DNA from: an uncultured Opitutaceae bacterium
GTDB lineage: Bacteria > Verrucomicrobiota > Verrucomicrobiia > Opitutales > Opitutaceae
Direction: 5' to 3'
Assembly: GCA_964518665.1 (NCBI GenBank)
Contig: CAZFHG010000002.1
Location: forward strand, 1 to 41,214
DNA: 41,214 nt
Shown piece by piece: positions 16,749 to 24,956 of this stretch. Each line of letters opens with the position of its first letter. The stretch's first letter is position 1. The position numbers and the translations under genes are program-made. The notes below the pieces were generated by a model. It did not search any database and had not been told where the DNA came from. It saw only the letters and a program-made list of their open reading frames with translations.

Positions 16749-17521
16749 CCACTCCCCTGATACTTTCGGAACGGCCCAAACCCGGTGTCATTCAGCTCAC
16801 CCTCAACCGTCCGGAAAAACGCAACGCGCTTTCCGTCGCCCTGCTTGAAGCCTTTCTCGCCGCTTTGGATGCCGCCGAGGCCGATGCCGGGCTGCGCGTG
16901 CTAATTCTGACCGGGGCCGGATCCGTGTTCTGCGCCGGCATGGATCTTGCCGAGGCCGGCGACCCAGCCGTCGCCAACAAGTCAGGCGAGCTGATCGCCA
17001 CCATGCTCCGCCGCGTGGTTGAGAGCCGCCTCATCACCATTGTCGTCGTGCAGGGCGCCGCCCTCGCCGGCGGCGCCGGCCTCATGTCGGCCTGCGATTT
17101 CGCCTACGCCGAAGGCTCGGCCCGCCTTGGCTACCCCGAACCCCGCCGCGGTCTCGTTGCCGCGTTGGTGATGACTTTCCTTCGCCGCCAGTTGCGCGAG
17201 CGCGACGCCCGCCGGCTTCTCCTCACCGGCGAGTCCGTGTCCGGCACTGAAGCCGCGGAAATGGGACTCGTGAGCGCCGCCATCGGCACCGAACTCGTCA
17301 TGCAGACCGCACTCCGCACGGCCACCGAAGTGATGCTCGGCGGCCCGGAGGCCGTCGTACAGACCAAAAAGCTCCTTGCCGCCACGTGGCCTTCACCTCT
17401 CACGGATGATTTCAAGAGAGCCATGCAAGTGCATCACGCCATGCGCGACTCCGCCGAGATGAGGGAAGGCGTCGCCGCCTTCCGCGAAAAACGTAAGCCC
17501 AAGTGGGTCGTGGAAGACTAG
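16745..17521 (+). CDS. enoyl-CoA hydratase/isomerase (crotonase) family protein
   Basis: The crotonase fold is recognisable: LNRPEKRNALS..., VLILTGAGSVFCAGMDL, VQGAALAGGAGLMSACDFAYA, EGVAAFREKRKPKW. Confidence 0.88.
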   Translation: MTTPLILSERPKPGVIQLTLNRPEKRNALSVALLEAFLAALDAAEADAGLRVLILTGAGSVFCAGMDLAEAGDPAVANKSGELIATMLRRVVESRLITIVVVQGAALAGGAGLMSACDFAYAEGSARLGYPEPRRGLVAALVMTFLRRQLRERDARRLLLTGESVSGTEAAEMGLVSAAIGTELVMQTALRTATEVMLGGPEAVVQTKKLLAATWPSPLTDDFKRAMQVHHAMRDSAEMREGVAAFREKRKPKWVVED

Positions 17522-17531
17522 AATCGGAATA

Positions 17532-17756
17532 TTGACCACGGATCACACGGATTTCACGGATCTAGGTTCAATCCTAAGAGCCCAAGGCATTTTAACCACA
17601 TAGAGCACAAAGGAGCCGTCCTGTTGGTGCCAGTCTACCGCGCGCCTATAGGCGCCTCGAATGCATCATCCGCCTTTGGATCTTTGTGTTCTCTGTGGTT
17701 AAATCCGGTTTGTCGCTCGGTCCTAAACCCGTGCCATCCGTGTGATCCGTGGTAAA
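17532..17756. repeat. nested composite of TTAACC-type periodic repeats
   Basis: The outer inverted pair is TTGACCACGGATCACACGGATTTCACGGATC (17532-17562) and its complement (17728-17756). The inner inverted pair is TTAACCACATAGAGCACAAAGGA (17592-17614) and TCTTTGTGTTCTCTGTGGTTAAA (17681-17703). A central 14-bp palindrome GCGCCTATAGGCGC lies at 17642-17655. Confidence 0.85.
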
Positions 17757-17897
17757 AACGCCCCGGTCCGGCCGCGCATAATTTGCGGACGCAATGGTCT
17801 CGGAAAGCTGTCCTTAATACTCTGCGTCCACCCCGCTTCCGACCGGACTTATGTCATAAACGTGATAGGGTGCTGATAAACAAGGAGTACCCCCATC

Positions 17898-19172
17898 ATG
17901 TCCAAGCTGACTGAATCCGAATCCGCCCGCCTTCACCCCGAAACCCTAGCGCTCAGTCACGGCTTTGATCCGTTCCTCAGCGAGGGTGCCCTCAAGCCGC
18001 CCGTGTTCCTCACCTCGACGTTCGCCTTCCACAAGGCCGCCGAGGGCAAGCAATTCTTCGCCTGGGCCCATGGCGAAGGGACGCCCCGCGCCAAGCATGA
18101 CATGGGCCTCATCTACTCGCGCATCAACAATCCCAACCTCGAAATCCTCGAGGACCGCCTGGCGCTCTGGGAGGGCATGAAGGATGCATACAGTTTTGCC
18201 AGCGGCATGGCCGCGATCGCCACCACCCTCCTCGCCACCCACCGTCCGGGGGACGAGATGATCGTGTGCGCGCCTGTCTACGGCGGCACCGACGGCCTGA
18301 TCCATCACTTTCTCAGGGAATTCGGCATTACCGCCCATTTCATCCGCGCCGGTATCGATGCCCCCGAGCAGGCCGAGCGCTTCATCACGCCCAGGACCCG
18401 CTCCATCTTCATCGAGAGCCCGGCCAATCCCAACAACCGCCTCACCGATATCGGCGCGATGAAGGCGATCGCCCTGCGCCATGAACCCACGCCCCCGGCC
18501 GGTAGTGCCGGCCGCATCCTCATCATGGTTGACAATACCATGGCCGGCCCGGTCTTCGCCCATCCGGCCCGCGTCGGTGCCGACATAGTGCTCTATTCCG
18601 CCACGAAATTCATCGGCGGCCACTCCGATGTCGTCGGCGGCGTGGCGCTCGCCAACGATCCCACCCTGCTCACCGCGATTGCCCGGCATCGCGCGATGCT
18701 TGGTGGCATGCCCAATCCTTACACCGCCTGGTTGCTGACCCGTTCGCTGGAGACGCTCAAGATTCGGGCCGAGCAACAGCAAGCCAACGCCATTCGCGTC
18801 GCCGCCTTCCTCGCCGCGCATCCCAAGGTCCGCAAAGTGTGCTACCTCGGACTCCTAACCCCGGCCGACCCGGAGTTTGCCATCTATCAAAAGCAGCAGA
18901 GCGGACCCGGCTCGTTGATTTCGTTCTATATCAAAGGTGGCGAAACCGAGGCCTTTGCCTTGCTTGACCATCTGAAGCTCGTCCGCCTGGCCGTGTCGCT
19001 TGGGTCCACCGAGTCCTTGGCGCAGCACCCCGCCTCCATGACGCACTCCGGACTCACCCCCGAGGACAAGCTCCTCGGCGAAATCACTGACGACCTCATC
19101 CGCCTCTCCATCGGCATCGAACACGCCGACGATTTGATCTGGGATCTGGATCAAGCCCTGGCGCAGGTATAG
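17898..19172 (+). CDS. Cys/Met-metabolism PLP-dependent enzyme (cystathionine gamma-synthase / methionine gamma-lyase family)
   Basis: YSRINNPNLEILEDRLA..., the PLP-lysine motif SATKFIGGHSDVVGG, and LAVSLGSTESLAQHPASMTH are present. An AAGGAG SD lies 10 nt upstream of the ATG. Confidence 0.88.
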   Translation: MSKLTESESARLHPETLALSHGFDPFLSEGALKPPVFLTSTFAFHKAAEGKQFFAWAHGEGTPRAKHDMGLIYSRINNPNLEILEDRLALWEGMKDAYSFASGMAAIATTLLATHRPGDEMIVCAPVYGGTDGLIHHFLREFGITAHFIRAGIDAPEQAERFITPRTRSIFIESPANPNNRLTDIGAMKAIALRHEPTPPAGSAGRILIMVDNTMAGPVFAHPARVGADIVLYSATKFIGGHSDVVGGVALANDPTLLTAIARHRAMLGGMPNPYTAWLLTRSLETLKIRAEQQQANAIRVAAFLAAHPKVRKVCYLGLLTPADPEFAIYQKQQSGPGSLISFYIKGGETEAFALLDHLKLVRLAVSLGSTESLAQHPASMTHSGLTPEDKLLGEITDDLIRLSIGIEHADDLIWDLDQALAQV

Positions 19173-19799
19173 TTAGCTCCGCAGCACCTTCGCCATAGAC
19201 CGGTCGTGCACTCTCGCCAGTGTGAGCAAGGCGAGGATCGCAGCACCCATGGCCCAGGCCATGTCGCTTTGGGTGTCCCAAATGTAGCCCTGCGTGCCGA
19301 GGAAGGCCTCCGCCGCGGCTCCCGAGGCCAGGGCCGTCCACCACTCGATCAATTCATAAAACGCGGAGAAGCCCAGACACACGCAGACCACCAGGAAACC
19401 CGTCCATCGGCTCGGTCGACCGTCGCCACGGTTGCGCAGGGGTGAGGTGCGGAGCAGAAGTTCGCGCGCCAGGATCGCGGGAACGAAGCCCTGCGCAAAG
19501 TGCCCGAGTTTATCGTAATTGTTGCGCGTCCAGCCGAACCATTCCCGCGCCCACTCACCCGCCGGCACCAGAGCATAGGTGTAGTGTCCACCCACGATCA
19601 GGATCACCGCGTGGAACCACACCAGCACGAGCAGCAGTGACGACAACGGAAACCTCTTTTGCACGGCGAGGATCAACGGCACGCCGATGAGCACCGGAAA
19701 TACTTCCAACCACCAAGTCAGCCGGTCGTGCGGATTCACCGCCGACCAAACCAGCACCGGAACCAACAGGGAGAGAAACCAGATCAGGCGTCTATCCAT
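19173..19799 (-). CDS. DUF2238 (YjdF-like) inner-membrane protein
   Basis: The 208-aa polytopic membrane protein carries the segment RNNYDKLGHFAQGFVPAILAREL that I associate with DUF2238/YjdF. Its stop codon abuts the stop of the convergent PLP gene. Confidence 0.7.
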   Translation of the reverse strand: MDRRLIWFLSLLVPVLVWSAVNPHDRLTWWLEVFPVLIGVPLILAVQKRFPLSSLLLVLVWFHAVILIVGGHYTYALVPAGEWAREWFGWTRNNYDKLGHFAQGFVPAILARELLLRTSPLRNRGDGRPSRWTGFLVVCVCLGFSAFYELIEWWTALASGAAAEAFLGTQGYIWDTQSDMAWAMGAAILALLTLARVHDRSMAKVLRS

Positions 19800-19808
19800 G
19801 GACTATTT

Positions 19809-20051
19809 CTAGTGCTGGCAGACGTTCTCTGTCGCCACGGTGAATCCCGCCTCGCTGCCGCGGAACTTGCCGCGTGATGCGAGGAAGTCGATCAACTGGG
19901 CGGCATCCATGCCGTCGGCCGAGCAGGTATGGTAACGGGCGTCCGGCCCGAATTGCGACTGCATGGCCTGCACCAGCGTGTCGCGGGTGTAGGTGACGCC
20001 CGAGGCGATCATGAAATCAAGGACATCGTGGCCGTGGATCTGGGTTTCCAT
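19809..20051 (-). CDS. YecH-family (DUF2492) putative metal-binding protein
   Basis: The 80-aa product reads METQIHGHDVLDFM...ARYHTCSADGMDAAQLIDFLASRGKF...VCQH, which matches the YecH pattern (HGH, HTC, C-x-H tail). Confidence 0.8.
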   Translation of the reverse strand: METQIHGHDVLDFMIASGVTYTRDTLVQAMQSQFGPDARYHTCSADGMDAAQLIDFLASRGKFRGSEAGFTVATENVCQH

Positions 20052-20131
20052 GTGAGTTGTCCCAGCATGGTGAGGCGACCTGAGCCAGTGTCGAGGCGGA
20101 CTTCCATTCCCAAGTCTGGCCTTCCCGATCT

Positions 20132-20260
20132 TTAACAGGAGAACACAGAGAAAACAGAGGACTGCAAATCACCTGAAAGACTTAAACTCTGTTCACTCTC
20201 CTGCTTCCCGTAAATGGACTGCAGGTTCGAATCCGAGCCATCCGTGCGATCCGTGGTCAA
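20132..20260. repeat. TTAACC-type periodic repeats (imperfect pair plus solo CACGGAT-type arm)
   Basis: TTAACAGGAGAACACAGAGAAAACAGAGG (20132-20160) has an imperfect complement at 20187-20214. CCGAGCCATCCGTGCGATCCGTGGTCAA (20233-20260) overlaps the stop of the adjacent ORF. Confidence 0.7.
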
Positions 20261-20655
20261 GTCCTCTTGGTTTGAGTCTGGATGCTGGCGAAGAAAAGGT
20301 CACGGCGGCGCTGGGCCTCCTCAAACGAGGCGGTTTTCAAGGAGAACCGCACCCGCTCCTTGGTAAAGGGTGTCGGGTAGGACGTGTAATGCATGAACCA
20401 CGTGCCGTGGTTGTTCCAAAGATGGTGACCGGGGTTGTGGTGCACGGCGGTGCGCGCAACGGCGATCGGAGCTTTGACCTCGGGGAGGACGAAATTGGCG
20501 TACGTTCGCTCACGACGGGTCCGCCGGCGGCGCGGGAAGTTTTCAACTACACCGATGACCGGGCGGTCAGCGGCTGGCATCGCTTCTGAGTGAAGACGCA
20601 ATGGGCTGTCATGGAATGGTGTCATAGGGGCATAGGGTCGCTGCGGCGACGGCAC
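20257..20655 (-). CDS. hypothetical protein, probably a C-terminally truncated remnant
   Basis: The ORF has high GC3. The segment LWNNHGTWFMHYTSYP..ERVRFSLKTASFEEAQRRRD resembles an integrase arm-type N-terminal hairpin plus helix. The stop TGA lies inside the terminus (TTGACCACGG) of a repeat element. The start is ambiguous: GTG 20655, ATG 20625 or ATG 20580. Confidence 0.4.
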   Translation of the reverse strand: MPSPQRPYAPMTPFHDSPLRLHSEAMPAADRPVIGVVENFPRRRRTRRERTYANFVLPEVKAPIAVARTAVHHNPGHHLWNNHGTWFMHYTSYPTPFTKERVRFSLKTASFEEAQRRRDLFFASIQTQTKRT

Positions 20656-20800
20656 GCAGGGGCGCGCGCCGCCAAACGCAGCAGGTGGGCATGCGTATTA
20701 AGACGCCTCAGCGGCGTGATACCCCTACAGCACCCACCCAATTACCCCAAACGGAGGAGTAATGGGGAAGAACCCTCAGCAGCGCTGGCGAAGAAATATT

Positions 20801-20879
20801 GTAGGGCCGGTTTCTGACCTACCTTTTGACGTTTATCTGCGGTGCAGCGTGACCATGGCGGGTCAGAGACCCGCCCTAC
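20801..20879. repeat. A-family palindromic element
   Basis: The arms are GTAGGGCCGGTTTCTGACCTACC ... GGCGGGTCAGAGACCCGCCCTAC. Confidence 0.8.
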
Positions 20880-20906
20880 TTGGCGCCTGATACCGTATGA
20901 TTCTAT

Positions 20907-20938
20907 TCCCGTGAAATCCGTGTGATCCGTGGTCTAAA
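20907..20938. repeat. solo CACGGAT-type arm of the TTAACC-type repeat
   Basis: The sequence is TCCCGTGAAATCCGTGTGATCCGTGGTCTAAA. It ends 3 nt before the LysE-family stop codon. Confidence 0.75.
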
Positions 20939-20940
20939 AC

Positions 20941-21591
20941 TCACCGCAGTGTCGCAAAGACCAGGCTCGCAGCGAAACCGAGGAAAACCACGCCGAGGAC
21001 GCGGTCGATCCAGTGACCGTGGCGGAAGAAACCGGCCCGGACATTGGGGCGGGTGAAAACCAGCGAGACGAAGCAGAACCACGCCATGGTCGCAAAGATC
21101 AGCCATACGCCGTAACCGGCCTGCACGAGCTTGGGAGTCGTGGGACTCACGGCCACGGGGAACAGGGAAAGAAAGAAAAACGTGGCCTTGGGATTGAGGG
21201 CGTTGGTGAGGAAACCGGTGACAAATGCAGCGCGGTCGGTGGGCAGCGCCGCCTGGGCGGGATTGGACTTCGAACCGCCGCCATCCGCAGGTTGGGTGCG
21301 CGGACGACTGCGCAGGGACTGGATGCCGATCCACGAGAGATAGGCGGCACCGGCGTACTTAAGCACCGTGAAGGCGGTGACGGACCCCATGAGGAGGAGC
21401 CCAATGCCAAGCAGGGCGTAGGCGATGTGCAGCGAAATACCCGTGCCGATGCCGACGCTCGTCCAAAGCGCGGTGCGGCGTCCGTGCACAAGGCTCTGGC
21501 GGAGCACGATGGCAAAGTCCGGCCCCGGACTGGCCACGGCCAGGGCATGCGCCACGGCAATGGTCAGGAATTCGGTGAGGTACGGGTACAT
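20941..21591 (-). CDS. LysE/RhtB-family amino-acid exporter
   Basis: The N-terminus FLTIAVAHALAVASPGPDFAIVLRQSL is the LysE-family signature. The protein is about 6-TM and 216 aa. Confidence 0.85.
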   Translation of the reverse strand: MYPYLTEFLTIAVAHALAVASPGPDFAIVLRQSLVHGRRTALWTSVGIGTGISLHIAYALLGIGLLLMGSVTAFTVLKYAGAAYLSWIGIQSLRSRPRTQPADGGGSKSNPAQAALPTDRAAFVTGFLTNALNPKATFFFLSLFPVAVSPTTPKLVQAGYGVWLIFATMAWFCFVSLVFTRPNVRAGFFRHGHWIDRVLGVVFLGFAASLVFATLR

Positions 21592-21606
21592 GTGGGATAT
21601 CGAAAA

Positions 21607-21681
21607 GCGGATACCGGAAACCGGAAAGTGAGGTCAGGCCTATCCGCAATCCGGTATCTGCAATCCGGTATCTGCAATCGT
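21607..21681. promoter_or_regulatory. iteron-like array (14-mer repeated about 3 times plus one inverted copy) between the TPR gene stop and the LysE-family start
   Basis: AATCCGGTATCTGC occurs at 21649-21662 and 21663-21676, with partial copies on both sides (21641-21647 and 21677-21681). An inverted copy GCGGATACCGGAAA lies at 21607-21620. Confidence 0.4.
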
Positions 21682-22178
21682 CAGAGTGCCAGCTCTTTGA
21701 AGCTCTGCTCCTGACGCAAACGCTCAATGGTCTCCTCGGTAAAGCCCGTCACGCCGGGGTTGTCGGGGTGGTCCTCGTGGGCGATCTTGAGGATTTTCAG
21801 GGCCTCCTTGGGTTTGCCGAGGAGGGAGTAGATATAAATTTGCTGCATGAGCGGCTGGGGATTCCGCGGATCGAGCTTGTAGGTGGCACCGAACGCCTTG
21901 GCAGCCGACTCATAGGCGGAACGGGCACCATTCAGGTTGTCGAGCCGGCGGCGGACGCTGCCGAGGTTAAGCCAGTACTCGCCGTTGTCGGGGCAAAGCT
22001 TCGTGGCCTTGGCCATGAGTTCCTCGGCCCGCGCCCAATCGCGGAGGGTGCTGGCAAACTGCGCCTCACTGACAAGGCTGGCGGCCTCCTTGCGTTGGTG
22101 AGGTGTGATCTTCGGGCCGCAGCCGGTGGAGAAACCAAGGAGCAGGAGGACGGCGACGGTAGCGAGGAGGCGTTTCAT
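21681..22178 (-). CDS. TPR-repeat lipoprotein
   Basis: The ATG at 22178 gives MKRLLATVAVLLLLGFSTGC (lipobox-like), followed by TPR-like helices (AEELMAKATKLCPDNGEYWLNLGSVRRRLDNLNGARSAYESA). Confidence 0.7.
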   Translation of the reverse strand: MKRLLATVAVLLLLGFSTGCGPKITPHQRKEAASLVSEAQFASTLRDWARAEELMAKATKLCPDNGEYWLNLGSVRRRLDNLNGARSAYESAAKAFGATYKLDPRNPQPLMQQIYIYSLLGKPKEALKILKIAHEDHPDNPGVTGFTEETIERLRQEQSFKELAL

Positions 22179-22267
22179 GGGCAGTATGGGAAAAGCGAGG
22201 CGGGAATACCCAACCGTCGGCACACCGGGAGCGCAAACCGGAAAGAGGACGTAATTGGGCAAAACAA

Positions 22268-22347
22268 GCAGGGCAGGTCTCCGACCTGCCCGGCGGACGC
22301 TTCATACGCAGTCAGACGTCAAAAGGCAGGTCAGAGACCTGCCCTAC
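22268..22347. repeat. A-family palindromic element
   Basis: The arms are AGCAGGGCAGGTCTCCGACCTGCC ... GGCAGGTCAGAGACCTGCCCTAC. It lies 31 nt after the GNAT stop. Confidence 0.85.
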
Positions 22348-22378
22348 TTCAAGGCCTAGCTCACACGGCATGCAACAT

Positions 22379-23227
22379 TCAGTCCCCCACTGCAGGGGTA
22401 AAATTGATCTGCCGGAATTCGCAGACGTAGCGATAGCCAATCCGCTGGTAGATGCCGTTGCTGGTGGGATTGGCGAGGTCGGTGAAAAGGAAGCAAAACC
22501 GGTAACCGCGATCGAGCATCAAAGCGCTGACCCGGGCCACGGCCGTCGTGGCGTAGCCTCGACGGCGCAAGGCCGGTGGAGTGTACACGGCACTGAGGGT
22601 GGCACCATTCGGCGTCGAGGGAATCGCCTTCACCGAGGTCACGGGTTCGCCCGCGACCTCCCAGAAATACCAATGGTCGGGATTTTCTGCGAACGGCGAC
22701 TCCGGTGCATTCGGCATGATCTCGGAGCGAAAGGCGCGGATCCATGCCTCCACCAACGCGGCATCGGCCGGGTTCGCCGGCCGCAGCCGCCCGGCCGTAG
22801 GTGGCAGCGTGACGACCTGGTCCAATTCGTAAGTGCCGAGCTGCATCGCGACCCGAGCCTGCACCGGTTTGCGTGCCGTCCACCAGGTCGCAAACGCTGA
22901 CGCGTCTTCCACCGCTCCGATCACTCCCGGCAGGGACTGCTCCAAGCAGTCGATCCCGACAACCTCCACCGCCTCCCGGGGAAAGGGGTGCGACAGCACC
23001 AGGTTGTGAGGAGGCGTGCGCAAAGCCACCGCCAACAGCGGCGCATCCGGCGCGTCATCAGCCTGGACGGCGGCCAGGTACAACCCTTGCGGGAGTGGAC
23101 CGGACATCGCAGTCAGTCCGTGGATGATGCGCAGTGGCAGGGTGTTGGTCGATTCGCTGCGTGTGAGGAAAGGAACGACCCTGCCGGCAAACTCCCGCAC
23201 ATCGCCAAACTGCCGGATCCAAGTCAT
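22379..23227 (-). CDS. GNAT-family N-acetyltransferase
   Basis: The C-terminal acetyl-CoA-binding motif is VYTPPALRRRGYATTAVARVSALMLDRGYRFCFLFTDLANPTSNGIYQRIGY. The start lies 10 nt after the pilB-like stop. Confidence 0.8.
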   Translation of the reverse strand: MTWIRQFGDVREFAGRVVPFLTRSESTNTLPLRIIHGLTAMSGPLPQGLYLAAVQADDAPDAPLLAVALRTPPHNLVLSHPFPREAVEVVGIDCLEQSLPGVIGAVEDASAFATWWTARKPVQARVAMQLGTYELDQVVTLPPTAGRLRPANPADAALVEAWIRAFRSEIMPNAPESPFAENPDHWYFWEVAGEPVTSVKAIPSTPNGATLSAVYTPPALRRRGYATTAVARVSALMLDRGYRFCFLFTDLANPTSNGIYQRIGYRYVCEFRQINFTPAVGD

Positions 23228-23237
23228 CGCCGGCTTA

Positions 23238-24950
23238 CTACATGTCCGGCGGGACGGTGGCGATGGCTTCTTCGAGCGTGGTGATGCCGGCCCGAACCTT
23301 GGCCAGGCTGTCCTGGTGGAGGGTGGTCATGCCGCCGCGCTGGGCGATCTTCTTCAATTCGGCGGTCTCGGCCTCGCGGTTGATGGCGGAAATGAGCTCC
23401 TCGTTGGTGACCATGAGCTCGTGAATACCGATCCGGCCCTTGTACCCGCTGTTGCCGCACTTGGGACAGCCCTTGGCGTTGTGCTTGAAAATCTGGCCGC
23501 TCCAGCCGATGGCCTTTTCCAACACGTCCTTTTCCCGGCCCTGGGGCTCGTAGGCGATGCGGCAGGTCTTGCAGACGCGACGCATGAGGCGCTGGGCGCA
23601 CACGCACAGGAGCGAGGATGAGATCATGAACGGCTCCACGCCCATGTCGGTGAGACGGGCGATGGTGCCGGGGGCATCGTTGGTGTGCAGGGTCGAGATC
23701 AGCAGGTGACCGGTGAGCGCCGCCTCGACGGCGATGTTGGCGGTCTCCTTGTCGCGAATTTCGCCGACGAGAATGATGTCGGGATCCTGGCGGAGAAAGG
23801 CGCGCAGGGCGGACGCAAAGGTGAGGCCGATCTGCCGGTGCATCTGCATCTGGTTCAGGCCGGGGAGCGTGTACTCGATGGGATCCTCGGCGGTGCGGAT
23901 GACGACGTCGGGCGTATTGATCTCGTTGAGCGCCGAGTAGAGCGTCATGGACTTGCCGGAGCCGGTCGGACCGCAATGGAGGATCATCCCGTAGGGCTGG
24001 GTGATGCAGCGACGGTAACGGGCGAGATTGTCCTCGGAGAAGCCCAGCGCGGTCAGTGGCAGCGTGGTCTTTTGCTTGTCGAGGATACGCATGACCACGC
24101 CTTCGCCGTGATTCAGCGGGGCGGTCGAGACGCGCAGGTCGAGGTCGAGATTCTTGCGGGTGTACTGCTTGAAGATGATGCGGCCGTCCTGCGGCAGGCG
24201 GCGTTCCGCGATGTCGAGGTTGCACATGATCTTCAGGCGCGCGACGAGGGCGGGGCCGACCTTGGAGGGCAGGCGCAGCTTCTCGTGGGAGAGGCCGTCC
24301 ACGCGGTAGCGGAGGACGACATCCTTTGCCTGGGGCTCGACGTGAATATCGGACGTGCCGGAGAAATACGCCTCCTCGATGATGCGGTTGGCGAGCTCGA
24401 TGATGGGGCCGGATTCCTCGTTGGTGAGATCCTCCTCGGTGACTTCGCCGACGCTGCCGAACTCGGCGCCGATCTGGTCAACGACGTCGCCGAAACCGGC
24501 GGCCTCACGGTCGGCGGGGCCCTTGGCAAAACGGTCGCGGATGTCCTTGTCGCGCCCAAGCAGGCGGATGACCTTCTTGCCGGTCATCTCGTGAATCTTG
24601 GACGGGAGCGAGACGTCGAAGGGATTCGCGAAGGCGACGAGCAGCAGTTCGCCGACCTGGCCGACGGGCAGCACGAGGTGCTGCTGGCAGAACTCCTGCG
24701 GGATGCGCTCGAAGGTGGAACTGGTCAGCCGGTAGCGGGCGACATTGTACGGGGCGATGCCAAGGGCGCGGGCCTTGGCGACGAGGAGCTGGAAGGGGCT
24801 GACGTGAAACTCATCCTGCAGGATCTTTTCGAGCGCCTCGCCGGTGAGGTCCTCCGGCCGCACCATGATGCTTTCGCGCTGCTCCGCGGTGAGGCGGTGC
24901 ATGGCCTCGAGCTTGACGAGGATCTGGGTCTGGACTTTGCCAATGGGCAT
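23238..24950 (-). CDS. GspE/PilB-family secretion or type IV pilus assembly ATPase
   Basis: Present are Walker [11 protein letters not shown], the Asp box, Walker B ILVGEIRD, the His box, the tetracysteine motif CKTC...[17 protein letters not shown], and the protein's own T2SSE_N-type N-terminal domain. Confidence 0.9.
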   Translation of the reverse strand: MPIGKVQTQILVKLEAMHRLTAEQRESIMVRPEDLTGEALEKILQDEFHVSPFQLLVAKARALGIAPYNVARYRLTSSTFERIPQEFCQQHLVLPVGQVGELLLVAFANPFDVSLPSKIHEMTGKKVIRLLGRDKDIRDRFAKGPADREAAGFGDVVDQIGAEFGSVGEVTEEDLTNEESGPIIELANRIIEEAYFSGTSDIHVEPQAKDVVLRYRVDGLSHEKLRLPSKVGPALVARLKIMCNLDIAERRLPQDGRIIFKQYTRKNLDLDLRVSTAPLNHGEGVVMRILDKQKTTLPLTALGFSEDNLARYRRCITQPYGMILHCGPTGSGKSMTLYSALNEINTPDVVIRTAEDPIEYTLPGLNQMQMHRQIGLTFASALRAFLRQDPDIILVGEIRDKETANIAVEAALTGHLLISTLHTNDAPGTIARLTDMGVEPFMISSSLLCVCAQRLMRRVCKTCRIAYEPQGREKDVLEKAIGWSGQIFKHNAKGCPKCGNSGYKGRIGIHELMVTNEELISAINREAETAELKKIAQRGGMTTLHQDSLAKVRAGITTLEEAIATVPPDM

Positions 24951-24956
24951 GGGCGG

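Noticed and set aside
17532-17756. The repeat clusters considered as a possible CRISPR array.
   Set aside because: The repeats occur as inverted pairs or solo copies scattered across different intergenic regions, not as regularly spaced direct repeats with unique spacers. No cas genes are present.
20221-20237. tRNA-like T-loop motifs: GGTTCGAATCC at 20224-20234, and GGTTCGAGCCCC on the minus strand at about 9750-9761.
   Set aside because: Neither can form a 5-bp T-stem. No acceptor stem, anticodon arm or CCA context can be drawn around them. They are not tRNA genes and at most are relics (see the finding at 20132-20938).
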